From a virus (Duplodnaviria > Heunggongvirae > Uroviricota > Caudoviricetes), in the IMG/VR virus record IMGVR_UViG_3300044878_000087, positions 2,432-66,431 of that record: a stretch of 64,000 nt of DNA, one strand, 5' to 3'. This document shows, in pieces, positions 46,558-55,335 of this stretch. Made by a program: the position numbers and the translations under genes. How positions within the stretch are numbered: position 1 is the stretch's first letter; each line of letters opens with the position of its first letter. The notes beneath the pieces were generated by a model. The model worked only from the letters and a program-made list of their open reading frames with translations, was not told the DNA's origin and made no database searches.

Positions 46558-47301
46558 TCACAGATAATGAATTCCAATTTTGGAATCCTTACGTAGTCGT
46601 CGATACAGTACTTTGAATGGTATCTGTGTAATGATCCCCGCTACTATGATAGATCCATACACGATCCCATCAATGACTACTGGTCTAGCTAATGGGTTCA
46701 TTGGTTGACATCCCATCAAAGCATCTTGACAGTCTGGTGTTTGATGTCGTTCCCACATTACATTCAGAAACTTAGGGTATCTACAGTATCGCTGATACGC
46801 TTCATCATAAGTACCCTTGAGTAATCGGAAAGTATATTCCCCGTGGTTATGTTCCCAGACTTGCTGTAAGTAGACATTCGGATGACGGCCTAACCCGAGC
46901 TTCCACTCAGCTATGGTAATTGCTTTGTGAATATCTTGCGAACGCCAGAGAAACACAAACCCATCAGCAAACTTAATTCGAAATACACCAGAGTTCCGTA
47001 TCAATGAAGAGTGCATTTCATTTAAAGATAGCTGCTGTTTTCGGGCGTCCCTGATTCTTAACAATAGAACATGTTGCGCTTGCATTAAGTCTTGCGTGAC
47101 TTCTATATCAAAAGCAAAGTCTTTAGGATCATCAGTAAGATTATAAAGCTCTTGGCAACGACGGGACTTATGCAATCGTTCACATAACAACGCATAGTGC
47201 CAGTCTTGTTGCTTCTGAAAGTTATTGGTCTTACCGGAATAGACTTGCCCACTAGCAATATGGCGTAAGTGAAATACACCAGGTACAGGCTTTATTGACA
47301 T
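46558..47301 (-). CDS. degenerate tandem GIY-YIG homing-endonuclease-like protein with NUMOD-type tail
   Basis: PGVFHL...VYSGKTNN; second SGVFRI...RHPNVYLQ; C-terminal PVVIDGIVYGSI...LYRRL; GGAGGT SD. Confidence 0.6.
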   Translation of the reverse strand: MSIKPVPGVFHLRHIASGQVYSGKTNNFQKQQDWHYALLCERLHKSRRCQELYNLTDDPKDFAFDIEVTQDLMQAQHVLLLRIRDARKQQLSLNEMHSSLIRNSGVFRIKFADGFVFLWRSQDIHKAITIAEWKLGLGRHPNVYLQQVWEHNHGEYTFRLLKGTYDEAYQRYCRYPKFLNVMWERHQTPDCQDALMGCQPMNPLARPVVIDGIVYGSIIVAGIITQIPFKVLYRRLRKDSKIGIHYL

Positions 47302-47342
47302 ATCACCTCCAGACGGCATAATACAGGGACTGTTATATCCCT

Positions 47343-47370
47343 GTAATATAGTTTTGAAGTTTGATCGAAT
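47343..47370 (-). promoter_or_regulatory. early-promoter-like motif
   Basis: ATTCGAT-N12-CTATATTAC directly after the RNAP stop codon. Confidence 0.55.
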
Positions 47371-48731
47371 CAAGTGATACGTGTACGCATGTCCCACTCT
47401 ACTGTTCGCAGTACCGTGGCGTGCATCTTTGCCAAGAACAACGAAAGGAAGCGACCACCTACACCGGCAGCTGCCGCAGGAATACCGTTAGGGTTTTCTG
47501 CCAGGGAAGTACCAGCACACACAGCACAGATGTTCTTACCTTTACCCAGAATACCTTTGTCAACATCCCGACCAGTCTTACATGACATTGGTCCACGGAC
47601 TTCGATTGTTTGACCAATCAATGACTGTAGGATCTCTGCTGTCAGGATCGTAGTCTTGCCATTCTTAACCATACCGTAACCGACCAGGTCTTTAGCAACG
47701 AATGGATACAGGATCGTTGGGATACCGATATGCGAACCACAATCGTGTTCGACAATTCGAGCAGTACCAACCATCCGATAAATCGTTTTAGTCGATTCAC
47801 CACCGAGAGCAGTTTGTTTACCCCGGTTATAAGAACCAGCTCGTAGGGAGTTAAACATGACCGGAAGCTTATCCATGTCAATCCCTTCTTCCAGGGACTT
47901 GGCAATCAGCTCTACTTTCGTACCGTCAGAGAACGCAGACTCACCACCGAACATGTAGTGTACTTTCTTACGAGCACCTTCCAGTTTCTTCTTCGACTTA
48001 TAGAACTGTTCTGATTCGTCCCCTTCCAGGTATTCATCATCGAGTTTCTTCAGTACGTTCGATAGTTCTGCCACTGCAGCCGGGTCAGTTAGTCGATCCG
48101 GGTTATCCGCAATCCACTTATCCCGAACTTTGTTTCGATCTGGAGAAGCCATCAAAGACTTCTTGGTGGTAGCTGTTACGATACCATCAGAGTAAGCAGG
48201 GATCGTGAGGATGTGTTCAGCAAACATCAAGTACTGACGGACGTACAACTTACCATCAGGTGCTTTCAGATTCGGATCATCGTTGTCGGGTGGATCATCG
48301 ATCATTCGTTTGAGGATCTCAGTTTCCAATCGCCCTAGGTCAAACAACCCAACTTGGAAATCAAAGATATCTCCGAACGGTAATACCAAACAAAGGTGGT
48401 TAACGAACATGTTGCCGTAGCAAGTCCGTACCGGCTTATCGCCTTTGTAGTTTAGGATTTCACCAGGCTGAAGGATGAACTCATCGCGGAAGTGCAGCAA
48501 TGCCACATCTTCTTGATAGCCTTCAATGTATTCCTTCTGATTGCCAGAACCAGGTACGAAAAAGAATAGTCCTTGCTCGTCCTTATATAAACGATAGTCG
48601 TAGTGCTGCTCGTAGTCATTTAGGTTATACACCACGGAGAACAAACAGTTCATCCATTGTCGTTTCTTGTGAAGGCCATGTTCCAGGCCCTTTAGAAAGT
48701 ACTCACGAATTTGCATCTTCTTTGTACTCAT
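47370..48731 (-). CDS. virion RNA polymerase beta' middle fragment (phiKZ gp80-like)
   Basis: SLEEG, RAGSYNRGKQTALGG bridge helix, DCG, RGPMSC, CAVCAG zinc site, trigger loop LAKMH. Confidence 0.85.
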   Translation of the reverse strand: MSTKKMQIREYFLKGLEHGLHKKRQWMNCLFSVVYNLNDYEQHYDYRLYKDEQGLFFFVPGSGNQKEYIEGYQEDVALLHFRDEFILQPGEILNYKGDKPVRTCYGNMFVNHLCLVLPFGDIFDFQVGLFDLGRLETEILKRMIDDPPDNDDPNLKAPDGKLYVRQYLMFAEHILTIPAYSDGIVTATTKKSLMASPDRNKVRDKWIADNPDRLTDPAAVAELSNVLKKLDDEYLEGDESEQFYKSKKKLEGARKKVHYMFGGESAFSDGTKVELIAKSLEEGIDMDKLPVMFNSLRAGSYNRGKQTALGGESTKTIYRMVGTARIVEHDCGSHIGIPTILYPFVAKDLVGYGMVKNGKTTILTAEILQSLIGQTIEVRGPMSCKTGRDVDKGILGKGKNICAVCAGTSLAENPNGIPAAAAGVGGRFLSLFLAKMHATVLRTVEWDMRTRIT

Positions 48732-49563
48732 CGAGTAGAACTACCAAAGGCTTGATAGTTTCAAGCATCCGGGAGTTGTCTATGTTGTTGTCAGTAAAGT
48801 CTCCGATCAGATCTCGGACCTTACGAGGAATCTCTTCGATTGGAGTATCGGACAGCAATACCAAACCGAACAGTTCCAATGCAGCGTGTTCTGGTTCTTT
48901 GCGATCCAATGCTTCCAACGATTGTTGTAGCAACGGGCCAATCTCTCGTGTACCAATCCGTACCCCATTCTGAGATAGGTCTAACAGCATAGAGAATGTT
49001 TCTGCACCGAATGTACGGATGTAGTCGTTCACCATCTTAACACGACGTAGTGGAGTCGGGTCTGCATCTTGCAATCCACGATAACGAACTTGACGTTCGA
49101 TCTCTTCTTTCATGGTAGCTAACAGGCGTGGTGATACGCCTTTGATCTCTGGCCATGCTTCATCAGTCTTTACTTCTGTAAAGAGCTGGCACATATGGGC
49201 TAAGATCTCTTCGGGCATGAATGCACCTTCGAACAACAGTAACAGTTGATCCGGAATTACATACTTGTCGAAGTTAGATAATACTTCTACGATCGATTGA
49301 CGGACTTCTTGACTTGCTTCTGCTGAGACTTGTACTTCATGAGTTTTGAAGATAGTCTCATGTGCATTCCAGATCACGTCATCAATACGAGATACCAACA
49401 TGTGGTTGTCCACAGTACCATCTGACATCTCTACAACTTGGTGGAGCTCATCCAGTGCAGCCTGGTAGTCCAGTGACTCCAATGACGCTACACAGCTCAG
49501 GATTACCTCCTTTCGCTCTTCTGTGATCAGTGGAGTTAATACACTGTCTATAATGAATTGCAT
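48703..49563 (-). CDS. conserved protein (gp79-like)
   Basis: Start MQFIID with GAGGG SD; synteny. Confidence 0.65.
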   Translation of the reverse strand: MQFIIDSVLTPLITEERKEVILSCVASLESLDYQAALDELHQVVEMSDGTVDNHMLVSRIDDVIWNAHETIFKTHEVQVSAEASQEVRQSIVEVLSNFDKYVIPDQLLLLFEGAFMPEEILAHMCQLFTEVKTDEAWPEIKGVSPRLLATMKEEIERQVRYRGLQDADPTPLRRVKMVNDYIRTFGAETFSMLLDLSQNGVRIGTREIGPLLQQSLEALDRKEPEHAALELFGLVLLSDTPIEEIPRKVRDLIGDFTDNNIDNSRMLETIKPLVVLLDEYKEDANS

Positions 49564-49691
49564 TAAAAAGCCCTCTTCCTTTGATTTTAGTAACATACTG
49601 TTGCGTTATAAGTCAAACTTTACTCTGTGGTAAATTACTGAGAGGGTGATACTATGTTAACAATCCGCAAATTTGCACACAAGGAACCAAC

Positions 49692-50309
49692 ATGAATCTC
49701 CCAACCAAAACCACTACTGCTCTGGCCTCCACTCTCCAACTGGCTGAAGTAATTGCCGAAGCACGCAGCGTTACCCGTGAAGGCAATACTGTTCAAGTTG
49801 TACATGGTGCAGAAGACAACGTCGCTCCTGAGATGTCTCGTGAAATGGCTGTTGCAGTTCAATCCTCTGTAGCAGACAAACTGCTGCAAGCAAAAGGCTG
49901 GGATATCCTGAAACAACTGTTTCTGATCACCAGTGAATTGCTGCAAACCACCCAACTGTTCGTATACCCAGTGATCGCTGAGATCGAACTGGTAAAAGAA
50001 AAGATGGGTGAACATTTCGAGGCATTCGACAAAGACTTCACAGCTTTGAAAGAAGATCTCGCAACCATGTCTGGTGCTCTGGTTGCCCTGTCTAAACAAC
50101 ATGAAGGCAAAGAAGGCACAGTGCATGCTGACGATCACATGTTGGTCGTTGAGCTTGCTAGTGGTTACAGCAATCTACAAACTCAAATGGAAACCAAAGT
50201 CGGCCCAGAGCTGATGAAACAAATGTCTCTCCTGGAAGCTGCTGGAGTTGGCGCAGACGTTCTGTTTGCAGCCCTCGAGAAAAGCCTGGAGGAATCGGAG
50301 CCTAAGTAA
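49692..50309 (+). CDS. helical hypothetical protein (gp78-like)
   Basis: AAGGA SD; TAATG coupling to next gene. Confidence 0.7.
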   Translation: MNLPTKTTTALASTLQLAEVIAEARSVTREGNTVQVVHGAEDNVAPEMSREMAVAVQSSVADKLLQAKGWDILKQLFLITSELLQTTQLFVYPVIAEIELVKEKMGEHFEAFDKDFTALKEDLATMSGALVALSKQHEGKEGTVHADDHMLVVELASGYSNLQTQMETKVGPELMKQMSLLEAAGVGADVLFAALEKSLEESEPK

Positions 50310-51994
50310 TGAATCACAACATTCAAGATGATGACGAATACCAAGAGATTGATCCTGCACTAGCTGTGCATTTCGAACAGTCTCTTCCAGCACCGACTTA
50401 TGAAGTTGCTGATGAACCAGAACCAGCAATGGGGGCTACCGAAATGGTAGCTTCCGATGCACCACTGGAAGCTGGTCCTACCAAAGATCTTAACTTCCAC
50501 CAGATGGTTGAGAAACTGGCTGCTGAAGATGAAGAGTATCAGGAAACTTCGGAAGAAGACAAACCTGTGCCTTTCACTCCGAATCAGAAGAAGGTCAACT
50601 TCACTATCGGTCGTCCGGTAGACTCGGAAAAGATTCCTGCTGCAGCTGCAGTGATTTCATTCATGCGTGAAAACCCAGAGACCTTTGAAAAGATCCTGGA
50701 AGTACACCAACGTTTCTTCTCTGACGTAGAAGGCGGTGAGATCACCACAGAGCAACGAGACCTGGAATGGTTGGAAACCCTGCAGAACGCAATCGAACAC
50801 GTCGACATGAACGCTACACCGCGTCGTGCTACGTATCGTGAAGGTTCTGATTGGGTTCAGTTCTTTGAACACAACGGTCGTAAGATCGGTCCATCCCGTC
50901 CTAAGATCAAACTGTCTGATAAACCAGCTAAGTCTGATCTGTTGGCTTACCTTACTCGTAAATCGGGTATGGGTGCTACTCACGAATTCCCTATGCCTCA
51001 CACGGGTATCTGGATTCGGCTACGTACTCCGACTAACACGGAAGTAGCAAACATGATTCAACGTCTGCAGAACATCGCAGTACGTTTGGGTCGTGCTACC
51101 AAAGGTCAAGGTTTCTCTAACCGGATTGCTGTATACAACAACGCGTTGACAGACCTGGCTCTGCAGTGCATCACTCACACGAACATGCATGCTACCACTC
51201 CTGGTGATATCGAGCATCGTCTGAGTGCATTGGATGAACCTATCCTGCATCACGCTTTGGCTTCGACAATGTTCCCTGGTGGGTTCAACTATCGCCATAC
51301 CTGCATTGCTGATCCATCCAAGTGCAACCACGTAGAAGAAGCTAAGCTGGACATGTTCTCGCTGACCTGGTTCGACGTAACGCAATTGGTAGATCGTCAA
51401 AAGGATCTGTTGCATTCACGCTTCAGTCGTCAACTACGGGCAGAGGAGCTCGATCAATATGCACAAGACACCACTCTGGGTCGAAAGCCTATCAAGTGGT
51501 TTGATGATATTGGCATTCGTCTGCGTGTACCTTCGGTTGCTGAAAGACGGGATTCTGGAAACCGGTGGATTGACGGCGTAGTAGAAGCTTCGCACAGTGC
51601 ATTCAACGAAGCACCAGGTGATGCTAACCGTAACGCTTACATCGATCGTCTGGGTGCCATCACTGGCGCACGTCAGTATTCACATTGGGTAGACGCAATC
51701 TATCAGCGTGAAGATGAACATTCAGCTGAAGAGCTGTTGACTGAAGACGAAGAAGTTATCGACGAATATTTGTCCAACGTAATGTCGGATAAGAAGTACG
51801 CCTCTGCTTTCGAAGCAGCCGTACTGCAATTCATCGATGACACTATTCTGTGCATGGTAGCTATCCCTTCGTGGAACTGCACTGCATGTGATAGTCCAAT
51901 GGCCGAGAAGTTCCATGAACGTTTCGCGCACTTGATTCCTCTCGACGTAGTATCGACATTTTTTACCTTGGCGGGCCAGAAAGTCAACCAGTAG
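50309..51994 (+). CDS. probable baseplate-hub/tail assembly chaperone (T4 gp26-like pattern)
   Basis: IRLRTPT and IRLRVPS strands, CTAC, C-terminal TFF encoded by TTT TTT. Confidence 0.5.
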   Translation: MNHNIQDDDEYQEIDPALAVHFEQSLPAPTYEVADEPEPAMGATEMVASDAPLEAGPTKDLNFHQMVEKLAAEDEEYQETSEEDKPVPFTPNQKKVNFTIGRPVDSEKIPAAAAVISFMRENPETFEKILEVHQRFFSDVEGGEITTEQRDLEWLETLQNAIEHVDMNATPRRATYREGSDWVQFFEHNGRKIGPSRPKIKLSDKPAKSDLLAYLTRKSGMGATHEFPMPHTGIWIRLRTPTNTEVANMIQRLQNIAVRLGRATKGQGFSNRIAVYNNALTDLALQCITHTNMHATTPGDIEHRLSALDEPILHHALASTMFPGGFNYRHTCIADPSKCNHVEEAKLDMFSLTWFDVTQLVDRQKDLLHSRFSRQLRAEELDQYAQDTTLGRKPIKWFDDIGIRLRVPSVAERRDSGNRWIDGVVEASHSAFNEAPGDANRNAYIDRLGAITGARQYSHWVDAIYQREDEHSAEELLTEDEEVIDEYLSNVMSDKKYASAFEAAVLQFIDDTILCMVAIPSWNCTACDSPMAEKFHERFAHLIPLDVVSTFFTLAGQKVNQ

Positions 51995-52017
51995 GTCATA
52001 GCAACAAAGACCCACAG

Positions 52018-52482
52018 ATGACACGCCTGTCAGTCGATCTAATGGACCCACAGGGACACGTAACGAACTACTCGTTCGGTAAGCGTCGTCCTCGTGGGGG
52101 CCACTTAGATAAGCTTTATGCCGAGATGGGTGCCGTAAGACCATCAACTGCAGAGATCATGCTGCGAGAAGCCTACCTAGACGACTACACCATTCGTCCT
52201 GACCACCACACCCGACATCCTCTGGACGTTGTGCGTATGTTCGATAAGGAAGATACAGTCGAAGGTGGTGCAGTTCGTTCCATGATGCGGAAATACATCC
52301 GATACAATATCAAAGAACAATGGGGCATGTCATATAACGAGTTCATGGAACTGCCGTATGACGAAGCCATGTTTATCTTAGAGATTGGTGAAACGGATAT
52401 GATGCGCAAGGTAGATGACCAAGGTCGGATCAAGCGTGACATGGAAAGAGAACTCCGTGACATGCAGCGCCAACCGAAGTAA
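52018..52482 (+). CDS. probable chaperone C-terminal partner (possible -1 frameshift extension)
   Basis: WGMSYNEFMELPYDE motif; no clear SD; frame open from 51919. Confidence 0.55.
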   Translation: MTRLSVDLMDPQGHVTNYSFGKRRPRGGHLDKLYAEMGAVRPSTAEIMLREAYLDDYTIRPDHHTRHPLDVVRMFDKEDTVEGGAVRSMMRKYIRYNIKEQWGMSYNEFMELPYDEAMFILEIGETDMMRKVDDQGRIKRDMERELRDMQRQPK

Positions 52483-52499
52483 AAAAAATACAGCATAGC

Positions 52500-52519
52500 G
52501 CCTCTCCGCAAGGAGAGGC
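52500..52519. terminator. bidirectional terminator
   Basis: GCCTCTCC-GCAA-GGAGAGGC-TTTATG between convergent genes. Confidence 0.72.
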
Positions 52520-52529
52520 TTTATGTCGT

Positions 52530-52805
52530 TTATTGCTGCTGCATAGTGGATTGGATTTCTCGGATGTCATCATTCAGTCTTTCTTGTATCTGAGTGATTT
52601 CGTAGAGCACTATACCCAAAGAGATGATGATAGTAGCCATCAGACCGAGTATAGTGATCATCAGAGGCTTTCGCCACTTAGTGCACCACTCTGGCTCACG
52701 TTGATCTTTAAAGACCAGCCACGCGAGTCCTGGAGGGGAACCAACCAACAACACAGTAAGAATGAAGGTTGCGATATTCAGTAGCATTACATTACCCGAT
52801 AGCAA
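52530..52805 (-). CDS. two-TM membrane protein
   Basis: Two long hydrophobic helices and a coiled C-terminus. Confidence 0.65.
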   Translation of the reverse strand: MLSGNVMLLNIATFILTVLLVGSPPGLAWLVFKDQREPEWCTKWRKPLMITILGLMATIIISLGIVLYEITQIQERLNDDIREIQSTMQQQ

Positions 52806-53029
52806 ACGAGCGTTGAACGAATGAAGCAGAGTGTTGGGAAGCCTATGAACAAAACCGCTAGTCCCAACATCGTACCAATGTAAACCATTGCAATTGGTTC
52901 ATACCACCGATCTGCTGTATTGTAGTGCCTTGCATGCATTACAAAGCACAACATCAAAGCAGCGATAATGAGCAGCAACATGCCACCCATACCAAAGAAG
53001 TATCTAACTACTGACAGGTAATCGTCCAC
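52787..53029 (-). CDS. two-TM membrane protein
   Basis: GTG start with AAGGAG SD; two hydrophobic helices. Confidence 0.62.
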   Translation of the reverse strand: MDDYLSVVRYFFGMGGMLLLIIAALMLCFVMHARHYNTADRWYEPIAMVYIGTMLGLAVLFIGFPTLCFIRSTLVCYRVM

Positions 53030-53252
53030 AGCTGTTCTCCTTTTGTACTGGGGGCTCGTTGAGCCATTTAGGTGGAGGTAACGCCTCGGTCATTGCAAGC
53101 CATAAGCCGACCAACATTACTGCAAGTAATACGAGTATAAAAGGTACTCCATCAAACCACTTAGGTAAACGGTTTACGAAGTACCCCTGCAGATATTGGA
53201 ACAAGCCATAGGTTGCAGCAACAGCCATGACCAAGCCAAGCAAAATCAACAT
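53004..53252 (-). CDS. two-TM membrane protein
   Basis: AAGGA SD; two hydrophobic helices. Confidence 0.65.
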   Translation of the reverse strand: MLILLGLVMAVAATYGLFQYLQGYFVNRLPKWFDGVPFILVLLAVMLVGLWLAMTEALPPPKWLNEPPVQKENSCGRLPVSS

Positions 53253-53261
53253 GCGTAATCC

Positions 53262-53438
53262 TTAGGTTAATTTCGAAATCAAAGTAATGAAAGCATAACC
53301 AGCCAGCAGTACCATTGCACCACCAGCGAAGAGTTTAAGCGATGCAGCTGCACCAGAACGAGAGTTACCAGCACTGGCGAGTGTCATTACACCACCAACC
53401 AATACTGCAAGAATAGGAAGAATCAGGGCGACCCACAT
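53262..53438 (-). CDS. 58 aa two-TM peptide
   Basis: Manual: MWVALILPILAVLVGGVMTLASAGNSRSGAAASLKLFAGGAMVLLAGYAFITLISKLT; AAGGAG SD. Confidence 0.7.
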   Translation of the reverse strand: MWVALILPILAVLVGGVMTLASAGNSRSGAAASLKLFAGGAMVLLAGYAFITLISKLT

Positions 53439-53464
53439 GTCTATCTCCTTAACTGAGGGCTATA

Positions 53465-53501
53465 TTCACAAAAGTAATATAGTCCCCAGGAAAGTTTAAA
53501 T
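53465..53501 (-). promoter_or_regulatory. early promoter
   Basis: ATTTAAA-N12-CTATATTAC-TTTTGTGAA. Confidence 0.8.
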
Positions 53502-53509
53502 CACATTCA

Positions 53510-53713
53510 TTAGAACTGATCCTTAAAGTACAACCAGAGCATTACGACTAACCCAGTGATTGTAATGAAGAACGATACCAAAGCAACTTGATGTGGCCAT
53601 GAGTTCTTCCAAGACAGATATGGGATCAGTGTTGGGTACTTATGATCGCGATACCATACAGCCAGTACCGTGATGATTGTTGCAATGATCCACACAGCCA
53701 TTGCGTATTTCAT
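53510..53713 (-). CDS. two-TM membrane protein
   Basis: Start MKYAMAVW with AGGAGG SD. Confidence 0.68.
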   Translation of the reverse strand: MKYAMAVWIIATIITVLAVWYRDHKYPTLIPYLSWKNSWPHQVALVSFFITITGLVVMLWLYFKDQF

Positions 53714-53734
53714 ATTGCCTCCTAGCGAAATAAA

Positions 53735-53752
53735 GCTACCCCGAAGGGTAGC
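53735..53752 (-). terminator. intrinsic terminator
   Basis: GCTACCC-TTCG-GGGTAGC-TTTATTT after helicase stop. Confidence 0.75.
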
Positions 53753-53755
53753 CAA

Positions 53756-55282
53756 TTAAGAGATCTTTCTCATTACCATGTTCAAGGCTTTACCCATGAA
53801 ATGGTCTTTCTTATTACGGGCATACTTACAGTGCTGCGGAATGTGTTGGCACACGAGGTACGTCAATCGTGGCGTTACATCAGGAAACAGTTTCAACTTA
53901 CGTAACCGACCCAAGATTTGGATGTTATCCTTCTTAGAGTCTGTAGCCTGTAGCAAGAATACCTCACGCAAGTTAGGGATGTCAACACCAGTACCCGAAG
54001 ACTTAATAGTCGACACGGTAATGTCATTCAACATCAATCGAGCGTATGGCGATCCTGCAATATGTTCGTTGATCTGGAGATCAGGGTATTTAACCTTCAA
54101 GAACTTTACAAGCTGATCGATGAATGCTGTAGTCGCACACAACACCAGAGCTTTCTGCTCTTGAATCCGATCGGCAATGTACTGCCCGTAGATAATCTTA
54201 CCGACCATCTGGTTATACAACTCCAGACGTTTCTTCGATTTCATCATCTGCGTTTCGTAACGCGCATGGTTATACGTGTTCTTAAACGGAGTCAGGTAAT
54301 CACGCGATTGGATTTGTGGTTCGCTATACAGCACACCAACCACGTTGATATACGAATCGTAGTCAGGCAATCGGCAACATGTCTCTGGAGGGAGCATCAA
54401 GTCGATCATCTTCGTAACGTAGTCGTTACCAGTGAAAGGAGTAGCAGACAAGTAAATCTGTTTTGCAACGTTGGTGTACATGTCAGTACGGAACAATAAT
54501 CCTGGATCTTCCTGGATCTCATCGTTGATCTGCAAACCTGCCTTCAGAGCTTCGTGGAAGCGCGGTGGCGGGGCGTTGTAGCCAACGGTGTGGATCTGGT
54601 CGCCCAGACGTTCGAATGCATCTATATACGAACGGTACGTGATGTTCGAAACGAGGATAACATCAATGCCTTCTAAGTCATCCTCAATGCCACGGTTAAT
54701 GATCATCTGCAATTCAGCAGAACCACTCACCCGAACGAAACGTAGATCAATGTCTTCGTACACATCTTTCAAGGCTTCTTCCCAGATACCGAAGTACTTA
54801 GGTGGAACCATGATGACAGTACGGCAACCTAGTGCTGCTTGTGCCTCTAGACTCGTGTAAGTCTTACCTTTACCAGTCTGTAAGTCTACCCGTGCCGAAT
54901 GAAGATGTGGCCGTAGGATATCTTCCAGAATGGTCTCTTGGTAATCCCGCATCGAGAACTTCTCCTTTACCTTGAACACAGCCGGAGCTGCGGTAGGTAC
55001 AGGGATGTCGATGATCTTGATACGATCCTCAGGAACTTGAACGTTCGCTAAGTGTTTGATCAATGCGGGAAACGAATTCCGGTGGATGAAGATGCTGCGA
55101 TTGTCTTCCGTTATGCCGTAGTACTTCTTCTTCGTGACCATGACCATACGGCCTTGGACTTTAGTCGGTTCCCGTAGCAACAACGTTTCCAAGAAGCGCT
55201 GCATTTTATACAACGTATCCCTGGAATAACCGGTGAGTCGTACCCCATGGGTATAACGCTCGGCTGTAATCAGTGGTTCCAT
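53756..55282 (-). CDS. SF2 (UvsW/Rad25-type) helicase (phiKZ gp75-like)
   Basis: MRDYQ, QTGKGKT, NDEIQ, LSATP, GTGVDIP, QILGRLR; start MEPLIT chosen because upstream codons span a hairpin. Confidence 0.88.
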   Translation of the reverse strand: MEPLITAERYTHGVRLTGYSRDTLYKMQRFLETLLLREPTKVQGRMVMVTKKKYYGITEDNRSIFIHRNSFPALIKHLANVQVPEDRIKIIDIPVPTAAPAVFKVKEKFSMRDYQETILEDILRPHLHSARVDLQTGKGKTYTSLEAQAALGCRTVIMVPPKYFGIWEEALKDVYEDIDLRFVRVSGSAELQMIINRGIEDDLEGIDVILVSNITYRSYIDAFERLGDQIHTVGYNAPPPRFHEALKAGLQINDEIQEDPGLLFRTDMYTNVAKQIYLSATPFTGNDYVTKMIDLMLPPETCCRLPDYDSYINVVGVLYSEPQIQSRDYLTPFKNTYNHARYETQMMKSKKRLELYNQMVGKIIYGQYIADRIQEQKALVLCATTAFIDQLVKFLKVKYPDLQINEHIAGSPYARLMLNDITVSTIKSSGTGVDIPNLREVFLLQATDSKKDNIQILGRLRKLKLFPDVTPRLTYLVCQHIPQHCKYARNKKDHFMGKALNMVMRKIS

Positions 55283-55301
55283 AAAAAAATTAAACGAGTA
55301 G

Positions 55302-55319
55302 GGAGGGCCGAAGCCCTCC
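55302..55319 (-). terminator. UUCG hairpin after RNAP gene
   Basis: GGAGGGC-TTCG-GCCCTCC then T-rich run. Confidence 0.65.
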
Positions 55320-55335
55320 ACACTTCGTCCTCCGC

